From: the human T2T-CHM13v2.0 reference genome, Homo sapiens
NCBI RefSeq assembly: GCF_009914755.1
Contig: NC_060939.1
Length of the DNA: 64,000 nt
Strand: one strand, 5' to 3'
How positions within the stretch are numbered: the stretch's first letter is position 1; the number at the start of each line of letters is the position of its first letter. Under the pieces are notes generated by a model that was not told the origin of the DNA, searched no databases, and saw only the letters and a list, made by a program, of their open reading frames with translations. Positions 1 to 11,234 of this stretch are shown here, piece by piece. The position numbers were made by a program, and so were the translations under genes.

Positions 1-150
1 AATCCTCAGGGCAGCCTTTGAGGTAGAGATTATTAAAATTATTATTTCCATTTTATACTGGTGGAACCTATGACTGAAAGAGGTTACATGAGTTTGATGA
101 GATCACACAGCTAAAGAGTGATGGAGAGATACTCCAAATTCTACTTCAGT
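1..150 (-). mobile_element. MIR SINE fragment
   Basis: Degenerate MIR core (gaggtag...attatttccattttata...gaaagaggttac...gatcacacagcta). Confidence 0.6.
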
Positions 151-469
151 CTGCCACTAATGACCATTTTATGAGAATGCATACAAGAAATCCCTTGAAA
201 TGTAAGAAATCAAACCAGGATATTAATACTTGTTACCTGATATTATGTGTAGTTGGAGTGGGGGTAAGAGGGGAGAGGAGACAAAAAGAATAAAATAAGT
301 TATATGTATATATACATATAGAGAGAGAGAGTTTATAAAACAGCATATATAAAGTAAGCCCTTATATAAAATTATATTATATTTATATGTAAAAATTAAT
401 TTGAAAATTAATTAATGTTTAAAGACTATTAATTAGGCAGAGCTAGACCCATATTTCCTGATTTATAGT

Positions 470-1660
470 CATGTCCAAGATAATTGTTAAGTAAACAAGT
501 TGCATATTAATGGCTATACTATGAGTTCTTTTTGTTAAAAAGAAACAAATCACCTAAATATCTAGAAATATTCTTGAATATATGTATATATTTATGAGCC
601 AGAGGAAAGGGTGAAATGATACACACTAGATGTTACCAGTGGTTACCTCTGTAGGGGTGAGACTGGAGTTCAGGGAAGCTACCATTAGCTTCACCTTTAT
701 AAATTTTTGTATTGTATTGTTCCACTTAATACAATAGACATGAATGAATTTTTGAAATTCACAAAAGGAAAAAACTTAAAGCAATTACTTGATCTACCCA
801 CGAAATAACATAAGTTCTACCTCTGGTAACATGGTGGAATGGGTGTCAGGACCAATCTCAACTGCTACAAACAACTATAAAAGCATTTTAATATTCTTAA
901 ATACATTCATGAACTTGCAAGAAAGTAAGAACTGTTCAGGTCAGAGACTGAGAAAAAGAACACTTAAGGGATTAAAGAAGCACATTAGCCAGCATTTGCC
1001 TTGAGGGTGTTTTCTGAACCAGGAGAACTTGATCATTGGTTTTCAATGTCTCTGGGCTTTAATTTAAAAAGCCATAGCCCAGTACCTGTCTAAGGTGAGA
1101 GTCCAGTGAAAGATGGCCTCTCAAAACTGGGTCCCCCAAAGACTACTCTCAATATAAGGGTAAACTGGACACCCATGCCCCCTTGAAGAGGGCTTGGAAT
1201 AAAACTTGCCTAAATAGAACCCTCCTTATAATTGGAAGGGAAAAAAATATCTGCCAAGAATTTATAACCAATCACTGACTCTCATGTAAACTTGCATTCT
1301 GAATTCACAATATCTAGGTGGCCTGAAAGAAATCAAGTTGAAACTTTAGCTTAAAATGTTTCTACATTAGAACATTGAAGCAAATGTAAATCCTTTCTGG
1401 AGGAACCAACTGGACCCAAAAAATTTATATAAATTAAGTTCAAAGTGAAATGGTCAGCTCACAGTGAAAAGTATAAAACAACAACAAGTAAAACCTAAGA
1501 ACCAACAGAAACAATGCAGAATAAGATCTGAAAAAAAAATTAGATATTGGAAGTATCAGAAACAGCACATGCAATATATTTAACAGATTTCAAGAAATAA
1601 AATTGAGATATAAAATTAAACAGATTTGAGAAAGAACCAAAGACCTTGTAGGAAGAATTA
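470..1660 (+). mobile_element. Ancient L1M-type fragments (3' end piece, then 5'/ORF1-like piece)
   Basis: A-rich degenerate L1M-like phrases (tccaagata...gttaagt, cagtggttacctct, ttctacctctggtaacatgg). Boundaries approximate. Confidence 0.45.
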
Positions 1661-2180
1661 GTGGGCTGAGGAAAACATATAAATGGAATAGATTAGGTTC
1701 AACTAGGGCAAGAAGCCAGTTCACTATACCATTATCTACCTGTCTCACAGCTTCAAAATGTTAAGTGGCCCAAGCGGTTTTGTTCTATCCTATGAACCCT
1801 GAGTTCCAAACAACCATCTCACAAGTGTGAGGACCTTCTCATAATGGAGCCTAAATAAGACTATTCTAATATCAAGGTCAATTTATCTCTGTTACTGGGA
1901 AAATTCATTCTAAGCATATGTCTGAAGGTCATCTGCATCTATTAGATATGCATACTAATAATGAGAGATGTGTGACTCAACTGTATTTCAGTATTTGTCC
2001 TGGCTACCCAGAAGCTTACAGTCAAATGTGGTGCTCAATTGTAAGAACGATGTCATCCCTTGACTAGCATATTTGGGTCCTCACTTTTCCATTGTCCTTG
2101 TTTCTTTTCTTTTTCACTTAAATCTCTCCACATTTTTTCAAAACATATGGGATATAAACTATGTTCTATCTTTAACTTGA

Positions 2181-2325
2181 AAATCCTTCAAATTTAACAT
2201 CAGTTTCTGTGTTAAAAAACAAAAACAAAAAACAAGGCTCACTGCTCAAATGCTTAATTTGTAAATCCTTCAAATTTAGTGTCAGTTTCAATTTTAAAAA
2301 ACAAAAACAAGGTTCACCACTCAGA
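2181..2325. repeat. Diverged ~82-bp tandem duplication
   Basis: aaatccttcaaattta..tcagtttc..ttaaaaaacaaaaacaa..gg.tcac..ctca starts at 2181 and again at 2263. Confidence 0.85.
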
Positions 2326-2342
2326 CATAACTTTTCACTTAC

Positions 2343-2508
2343 CTGCGCTATTCTCTTCTGACATTACAGTGTGGCAGAGAGCAAGTAACCTAAGGAATTC
2401 ATGAACTTTGGGATCACCCATTTTAATGGATTCCATCAGATTGTGGTCAAAGAACTGAAATTCTCTATCCGCTTGAGATTTGACTGAGAAATCCACAGGC
2501 TCTTTTTC
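2343..2508 (-). CDS. ATP8B4: ATP8B4 coding exon (probably exon 15), start of nucleotide-binding domain
   Basis: 166 nt, phase 0-1. Acceptor ctcctacag|GAA, donor GCAG|gtaagt. Encodes EKEPVDFSVKSQADREFQFFDHNLMESIKMGDPKVHEFLRLLALCHTVMSEENSA(G), with the LALCHTV motif. Confidence 0.97.
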
Positions 2509-2757
2509 CTGTAGGAGAACAACAACAACAAAAATAACCAAAACCTCATTCCAATAATTATCTTTTAAAATTCAAAAATAGTTCCCCCAAGTATTTTTAG
2601 TGTATTATTTTGCAGCCTCAAATGTCTGGCACTAAAATGGCTGTTTCATCATTACTGTTAAATATAATCTTCTCATTTCAGAACCATGTACCAAAGAAGT
2701 GAACTTTCCAAAAGTATATGGGAAAGAAAAATCACAAAACTATATGGGATGGCTGTA

Positions 2758-3117
2758 CAGATCCTCAAATGCTCAATACAACTTCAAAATACAAAAAACC
2801 ACAGAAAATGCAAAGTTTTTTCAAAACCTACTTTACGGCAAAACCTGATCTGACTTGAACCCATTTGTGCAGCAATATCTGACCTGGAATGTTATGTATT
2901 TAATGATGGCTTCTTAAAGCCTACCTAATACTTGTGAATTAATATTTTCTAATATAAAAACATTAATGTGTTTGATTACAGGTACTTTCTCAGATGTCAC
3001 TGGAGTTATTGCACAATAAAATGGCAGACAACACCATATTGTCTTTCTACAACCAGAAAATCCTAAATTTCTAAATATATCTGGCTCCAAAGTTTTCGAT
3101 AAGGAACTGTGAGCCTG
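2758..3117 (+). mobile_element. MER46C-like TcMar-Tigger DNA transposon
   Basis: CAG...CTG ends flanked by TA (2756-57, 3118-19). Internal ggcaaaacctga and attaatgtgtttgattac, and terminal ctggctccaaag..gataagg..gtgagcctg, fit the recalled MER46C consensus. Confidence 0.75.
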
Positions 3118-3244
3118 TATCTATTTCAGGAGCAAGCCTACAGAAGGTTCCACTCTGAACACTTACATATAAGAGCTTTATCAGCTGCAGAGTCCACATT
3201 TCCTCCCCCAGGATTATTGCTAAAGTTTTTATTCTTAAAGACTC

Positions 3245-3388
3245 CATTAACTTTTGCAATTGATTCTAAAGTTACAAGAGCAGATAGGATTGTAACTACT
3301 CTTTTAAAGAGAAACTGCATTAACTTTTGCAATTGATTCTAAAGTTACAAAAGCAGATAGGATTATAACTACTTTTTTAAAGAGAAAC
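3245..3388. repeat. Near-perfect 73-bp tandem duplication
   Basis: Copies start at 3245 and 3318; 3 transition differences over 71 bp. Confidence 0.95.
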
Positions 3389-3539
3389 AATGCTGTGGGC
3401 AATTGCAATTATCTATTCTGTGTCACAAAGCTTGTTAATACCTACAGTAAAATTGGAGCCACATGTAGGTCCTTTGTTCCTTTAAATCAAATTTATTCTA
3501 AAATTAATAATACTGAATAAAATAAGAAATATTTATTAT

Positions 3540-3745
3540 TATCTTTATAATAGGCCCGACTTTATGCTAACAGTTTTATATGGAATATTACGTATAATCT
3601 TCCGAACAATGATGTGTAGTGGATACTACTATTATCCCCGTTTTACAGATGAGAACCTGAGCATTGCCAAGGCCAACCATATACATCCATCAGCCAGGAC
3701 TCAAACTTAGCCAAAAATCCATGCTTCAAATACTTTGCCATAACA
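3540..3745 (-). mobile_element. MIR SINE
   Basis: Core tactattatccccgttttacagatgagaacctgag. Confidence 0.8.
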
Positions 3746-3849
3746 ACTCCTTAATATAATTCTGGATTATTTCCCTGCCCCCTTACTAATATAATAACGG
3801 CTGCCATATATCAAGTGTTTACAGTATACTAGTTTCTTTTTTAAGTACT

Positions 3850-5700
3850 TTTAATGTTTTCAATCAAAGCAATACATGCAAAGAGTTACAAAATCAAATA
3901 CTACATTAAGGCATATCTAGTAAAGCAAGAGACTCTTCATGCCCCCACCTCCATCACCACAGCCCCAGTCCCACTCCCCAGAGAAAATTACTCTCAAACT
4001 TCAGAAGGTACATCAAACGGTTATCCCAAAAACTGTAAATTATGTACATATATTACCATTTCTGGATTTATAAATATTAGACCTTTTCCAAAATCAGACG
4101 AAGATTTAAGTCATTTACTTTACTTCTCCACTTTCTTTTTCCAAAAATATAGGCATATCCAGTTTAATTTCCTTAATGATTATTTCTGCAACTCTAAGTA
4201 ACATACAGAAGGCTGTTTTGTTTTGTTTCAGTTCATCAATTATAAACACTCCCTAACTGGTAAGATGAGGTTATTACCCACTCCTCATCTCCTCTTCACT
4301 TCTCCCTCCAACCTATTTATTTTTTTTTCTATTTCACTATAGAGGTTTAAAACATTTGTGTTCTTTTCTGTAGCCAAACTTAAATACTTTTTATTGGTCT
4401 AAAGATTGATTCTAAAAGTTGAAAATGAATAAAAGATATGTACATAAGTCTGTCTTTGAACTATGGTTCACAGCAGAGGAAAATGTGCACTTTGTTATAT
4501 GGGCCTTCGTGGTGTCACCCACTCAAGGCTGATTGTTTGTCAGGTCTGCTGCTCAGCTGCATCCTGGGATTACTCTCTTGGGCTGGAGTCACTGTTTCCT
4601 CACCCCATGCCACCCCCTTTCTTAATTGATTCTCTTGCTTTGTTGTAGCATATCTTAAACATATTTCATAAGAAAAAGATCATGGGAGGCAAAAGTTATG
4701 AGGCTTTCTGCTTGAAAATGTCTTTATCCTGCCTCACACTTGTCTCATGGTTTGACACAATATCGAATTTTAGGTTGAGAGCCATTTGAAGGGATCACTC
4801 CACTGTCCTCTGGCATCTTGTGTTGCTGATGGTAAATCTGATGTTAGTCTGACTTTCATCTTTTGGTAAGTGCCCCACTTCTCTCCTTTAAAAGCTTTAA
4901 GTTCCTCTCTTTATCCTTTCTGGTTTGTAATTTTAGAGGTATTGATCTTATTTCATTCATTGTTTCTGAGTATTCAGGAGACTCTTTCAATTGGAAGATT
5001 TGGGGAAGTTCTCTTCTGATATTTCTTTATAATTTTCTCCTCTTCATTATTTTTTGGTTGTTTGTTTGTTTGTTTGTTTTTCCATTCTTTCATCTAGAAA
5101 ACAGTCTTAGTTAAATTTTGGATCTGCCAGTTGACCCTTTATTTTGTCTTTATTCTCTGATGTTCTGAGTCTTTCTTTTCATTCTACTTTCTGGGAGAGT
5201 CTCTTGACTTAATCTTCCAGCCCTTCTATTGAATGTTTTGGTTTGTCAAGATTTTTTTTTTTAATTTCCAGGAACTCTTTTCTTTTTTTCCTGTGTTCTC
5301 TCCAGAGCATCTTGTTCTTGTTTCATGGATGTTATAACTTCCCAAATCTCTGTGCTGATGTTCGAGTTTTCCAATTTATAGTTTATAACTGTTGGTGGGT
5401 TCTGTTCTATTTTCTTAATTATCTTAGGTCATATTTTTTACTGCATTTTGGTTTTTATCTCTCACATTTATCACAGAAATGTTCCTAATGTACAGTGACT
5501 TGTTACTGCTCAGGCATCTTTAACACCAAGACTGAGCGAACTCTACAAAGGCAGGACTTATTGGCTATCACGTTTCACTTTAGGGTGAATGAGAGAGAAG
5601 GTGGTCCTTGTGATTTCAAGCCCCTAAGATCAAGGATGTAGCAGACTTTTCACTAGGGCACAAAAACCCTCATTAGCTGCCCCAATTCTACCCAGAAAAT
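3850..5700 (-). mobile_element. Ancient L1M/HAL1-like element (ORF1 region)
   Basis: T-rich degenerate ORF1 antisense phrases (ttgaaaatgtctttat, ctccactgtcctctggcatc..tgttgctgatg..aatctgatg). Boundaries approximate. Confidence 0.55.
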
Positions 5701-5844
5701 ATGTGCTATGTTTATACTGAAGACCTCTTTTTGCAGGGAGGAATTCAATAGACCTTCACATATTCAATTAAGCCTCACAGGGCGAGGACTAGGTAAGACA
5801 AGAGACAGGTATAGTTCACAATATTTAAGGAGGCAAACTCCGTG

Positions 5845-5965
5845 TTTTCATTTGTGCATTCAGAAAACATGTATTGAGTGCCCAGTACGTACCAAGCACT
5901 TTTCTAGGTGATAGGGATTCAGAAATGAACAAAACAAAAATCTCTAGCCTCATGGATCTTAGACT
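5845..5965 (-). mobile_element. L2 3' end fragment
   Basis: cattcag..aacatgtattgagtgcccag..ccaagcact..ctaggtgatagggat. Confidence 0.7.
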
Positions 5966-6174
5966 ATCTATGGTTTGACATTTTTCAGCCAACTATTAAG
6001 ATATTTGAAACACAAAATATGAGTACTTTAACTCTTATGAAAAGACAAAAATATTAAAAAGAATATTTTAATAGTAATTCCAGTACTGAACACACATATT
6101 GTCCAGAATTTCAGGATATATCAGCCATTCATTGATTAATACACAATACAGTATGCTTTGAAATAGGCAGTGAA

Positions 6175-6515
6175 CATTTATTCATCAAATATTTATCATG
6201 CACCTACTGTGGGCCAGGCAATGTTTTGAGTGCTGGGGATAGAATGGTAAACCAAATGCTATTCCTGCCCTCAATGAAATCCAGTCTATTTTGGGACACT
6301 GAAAAACAGGCCATATATGGTAAGTGCCATGATAAGGCAAGCACGTTGGACCCGGGGGAAGGAAGAGAGGTGTCAGGAAATATTCCCAAACAAGTAACAT
6401 CTAAGCCAAAGCTGAAGAGATGAGCAGGAGTTACCCAGATAGAAAGGTAGGCAAATATTGTTTCAAGCCAAGGGTATAATTTGCAAAGGCCTATGTGAGA
6501 AAGTGAGTGTGGCAA
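6175..6515 (-). mobile_element. L2 fragment, interrupted by L1 (appears to resume near 8930-9050)
   Basis: ttattcatcaaatatttatcatgcacctactgtgggccaggc..gtgctggggata is a reverse-complement L2 3' end. Confidence 0.75.
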
Positions 6516-8920
6516 TTAAGTACATAGTTTACAGGCCGTGTAGAACTACCACACAATAGAAACTATAAAGCAACCAGCTGACAGTTTCATGGTAGGGTCA
6601 AAACTGCCCATATCAATATTAACTTTGAATGCAAATGGTCTACATGCCCCACTTAAAAGGCACACAGAGGCAAACTGGATAAAACAAGAGACCCATCTCA
6701 CATGTAGCAACACCCACAGGCTCAAAGCAAAAAGTTGGAGAAAGTTCTGTCACACAAATGGAAAACAGAAAAGACCAAGGATCACTATTCTTCTAACAGA
6801 TGAAACACACTGTAAACCAATAACAGTAAAAAAACAAAGAAGGGCATTACCTAATGATAAGGGATATAACTCAACCAGAAGACTTACCTATCCAAATTAT
6901 ATATGCAGTCAATATTGGAACACCCATATTCATAAAACAAGTACTTCTAGACCTACAAAAAGACTTAGAGAGCCACACAATAATAGAGGGAGACTCCAAC
7001 ACCCCACTGACAGCTTTAGACAGATCATCAAGGCAGAAAACTAGCAAAGAAATTCTGGACTTGAATTCAATACTTGACCAATTGGACCTAATAGACATCT
7101 ACATAATACTCTACCCATCAACCACAGAATATACATACTTCTCTTCTGCACGTGACACATACTCCAAGATCAACCACATACTCAGCCATAAAGCAAATCT
7201 CAACAAAGTCAAAAAAATCAAAATTATATGAATCATATTCTCAGACCAAAGTAGGACAAAAATAGAAATCAATACCAAGAAGATCTCAGAAAACCACACA
7301 ATTACATGTAAATTAAACACTCCTGAATGACTTTTGGGTAAAGTATGAAATTAAGGCAGAAGTCAAAAATTATTTGAAATAAATGAAAACAGAGACACAA
7401 CATATCAAAATCTCTGGGATGAGGCAAAAGCAGTAATAAGGGGAAAGTTTATAATGCTAAACAATTTCCTTAAAAAGTTAGAAAGATCTCAATTAATGAC
7501 TTAACACATACCTACAAAAAAAAGAACAAGAAAAAATTAACCCCAAAGCTAGCAGAACAAACTAACACCAAAGCTAACAAATGTCACAGCAGAACTGAAT
7601 GCAATTGAGACCCAAAAGTCTATACAATCAATAAAACCAAAAGTTGGTTTTTTTGAAAGAATAAACAAGATTGATAGACCACTAGCAAGATTAACAAAGA
7701 AAAAAAAGAGAAAAGATCCAAAAAACATAATAAAAAACACAAATGTGACATTATAATCAATCTCACAGAAACACAAAAGATCCTCAGAGGCTATTATGAA
7801 TACCTCTATGCACACAAACTGGAAAACCTAGAGGAAGTGGATAAATTCCTGGAAACACACAATATCCCAAGATTGAATCAAGAAGAAATTGAAACCCTGA
7901 ACAGACCAATATTGAGTTCTGAAATTGAATTAGTAATTTAAAAACCCACAAACCAAAAAAACGTTCAGACCAGATGGATTCACAGCCAAATTCTACCAGA
8001 TGTATACAGAAAAGCTGGTACCAATTCTATTGAAACTACTACAAAAAATTGAGCAGGATGGACTCTTCTCTAACTCATTCTACAAAGCCAGCATTCCCTG
8101 ATAGAAAATATGCCAAAGACACAATGATAAAAGAAAACTACAGGCCAATATCAGAGAAATTCAAATCAAAACCACAATGAGATACCATCTCACACCAGTC
8201 AGAATGGCATTAGAAAGCCAAAAACAACAGATGCTGGTGAGGATGTGGAGTAAAGGGAATGCTTATACACTGTTGGTGGGAGTGTAAATTAGTTCACCCA
8301 CTGTGGAAAGCAGTCTGGAGATTTCTCAAATAATCTAAAACAGAACTACCATTTAAGCCAACAGCCCATTACTGGGTATCTACCCAAAAGAAAATAAATT
8401 GTTCTGCCGAAAATACACATGCACTTGTATGTTCATCATGGTATTATTCACAATAGCAAAGACATGGAATCAACCCAGGTGCCATCAACAATGGACTGGA
8501 TAAAGAAAATGTGGTACATACACACCATGGAATACTATACAGCCATAAAAAAGAATGAAATCATGCCCTTTGTAGCCACATGGATGCAGCTGGAGGCCAT
8601 TACCTTAAGCAAACTAATGTAAGAGCACAAAATCAAACACTATATGTTCTCATTTATAAGTGGGAGCTAAACATTGGGTACACACAGTCATAAAGGTGCA
8701 ACAATAGACACCAGGGACTGCTACAGCAGGGAGGTAGGGAGTGGGGTAAGGGTTGAAGAACTACCTATTCAGTACTATGTTCACTCCCTGGGTGATGGAA
8801 TCAATCATACCTCAAATCTCCGCATCATGCAATATACCCATGTAACAAACCTGCACAAGTATCCCTTGAATCTAAATTGAAGTTGAAATTATAAAAAAAA
8901 TTTTAATCAACAAACAAAAT
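6516..8920 (+). mobile_element. 5'-truncated, internally deleted L1 (L1PB4/L1PA16-17-like)
   Basis: ORF2 endonuclease remnants (ISILTLNANGL, GDSNTPLTALDRSSRQK), ORF2 C-terminus (MDWIKKMWYIHTMEYY), older-primate 3' UTR and A tail. Confidence 0.92.
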
Positions 8921-9889
8921 AGACAAAGAAAAATGAGGGTGGTTTATTTGGAAAGACTCTAAGGAGTACCATATGGCTGAAGTATCTGGTTCATGTGGCC
9001 GAAAATGAATCTGGAAAGAGAATAAGGGGCTAGGTCCTCAATGACTTAGTCTACAAAAGGCCAAACTCTTCTAGACAATTACTAAGGCTTCTTTCCTCAC
9101 TTCTGGATGATTTGCCTATTGCACTCTAAAAGTATCTGAAATCAAAAAAGGAGGAATTTTCAGGCAGAGCACCAATTGGTCAATAACATTTAGATTTTTG
9201 ACTTGTTCATCACAGCATAAAAACAGAGTCCCTCCTTGTCTTGCTAGAATTCACCCTCGAGAGACATAGAGAGAAAGACAGAGAGAGCAAGACAGAGAAT
9301 GAGAAAGAGAAAGCAAACTATATTTTTAGGGAAATTAATAGAACCCAAGCCACACCTTTTTGAATTAGGTGTGATTGCAACCAAACTGGGAAAAGAAAGA
9401 ATTATGGTGGGGGATAGGGAGTAGACATTTATAGGGGAGGGGTAATAAAGGGAGAAGAGTCAAGATAATACAAAGAGAGCACTCACAGTGGTTAAAATCT
9501 CACAGGAAAAAAAGCCCACTAACACACAATGCTTAGAGGGAAGGAACATAACCTTTATTTACTATAATAGTAAAGGGTGTGAGTCAACTGTCAAGAGGAG
9601 GTTCCTGGACTTGGTTTGATCCCAGAGACAAAGAAGGCAAAACTAAACAAGGAATTCCAGAGACAATAAAAATTTCCAGGAAACATGCTGACTCTGGGTT
9701 AGCAGAGAGAAAAAGTTTGACCTATTGCCATAGGCTGGCGCAAGGTAACACCTAATCACATTTAATACAAAATCCTGAACCAGAACAAAGAAATCACCCT
9801 TACCCTTATTCCAAAATGAACCTTCTGCAATTAACTGATCAAAGAAAAATTCAGTTCCTACAATAATGAATAATTTAAAAAAAACCTTT

Positions 9890-10550
9890 ATTGAAAAGGG
9901 AAAGCTTGTACACTGCTGGTAGGAATATAAATTAGTACACCCTCTATGGAAAACAATATGGATATTTCTCCAAGAAATGAAAGTAGATCTACCATTGAAT
10001 CCAGCAAACCCACTACTAGGTATCTACCCAAAGGAAAATAAGTCATCATATAAAAACACACCTGCACACATATTTTTATCAAAGCACAATGCACAATTGC
10101 AAAGATACAAAACCAATTTAAAACGGGCATCAACTGATGAGTAAATAAAGAAAATGTGGTATATATACACCGTGGAATACTACTCAGCCATAAAAAAAGA
10201 ATAAAATGTTTTTTTGCAGCAACTTGGATGAGGTTGGAGCCCACTCTTCCAAGTGAAATAACTAAGAAATGGAAAACCAAATACCATATGTCCTCACTTA
10301 TAAGTGGAAGCTAAGCTATGGGTATGCAAAGGTATATAGAGTGGTGTAACAGACATTGCAGATTCAGAAGTGAGGAGGGTGGGAAGAGGGTAAGCGATAA
10401 AAATCTACATATGAGATACAATGCACACTACTCAGGTGATGAGTGCACTGTAATCTCAGACTTCACGACTGCAATTCATCCATGTAACCAAAAACCACTT
10501 GTACCCCAAATGCTATTGAAATAAAACTATATTAAAAATAAAATAAAAAG
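9890..10550 (+). mobile_element. L1PB2-like 3' end
   Basis: 3' UTR gctaagctatgggtatgcaaagg...aaccaaaaaccacttgtaccccaaatgctattgaaataaaa; degenerate TSD aaaaaaaccttta / aaagaaacctcta. Confidence 0.85.
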
Positions 10551-10908
10551 AAACCTCTATAGGAATCATACAATGATACTACAAAAAAAAGTAATGTACA
10601 GAAAAAAATAATAAAAGATGAAGTACATTCACTAGTAATAAAGCAGAAGAAAACTGTGACCAAACATTTCCTCCTTAATTTAAAAAAGGAAAATTGGATG
10701 AAGCCAACAATCTATAAAGCAATAACACAAGACAGAAACTTGGGGAGGAGGTATTTAGAAAATCAGCAGAAAATAAAATAACATGGCAGTCTTCAAAAAA
10801 GAAGAAAAAAATAGGGCTACTGCAGAAACTAAAGTGAAATTGGAGAGAGCACTGGGGTAAAAAAGAAACTACAGAAAACACAGTAGTCCCATATCTCCCC
10901 ACATCCTA

Positions 10909-11234
<326 letters not shown>

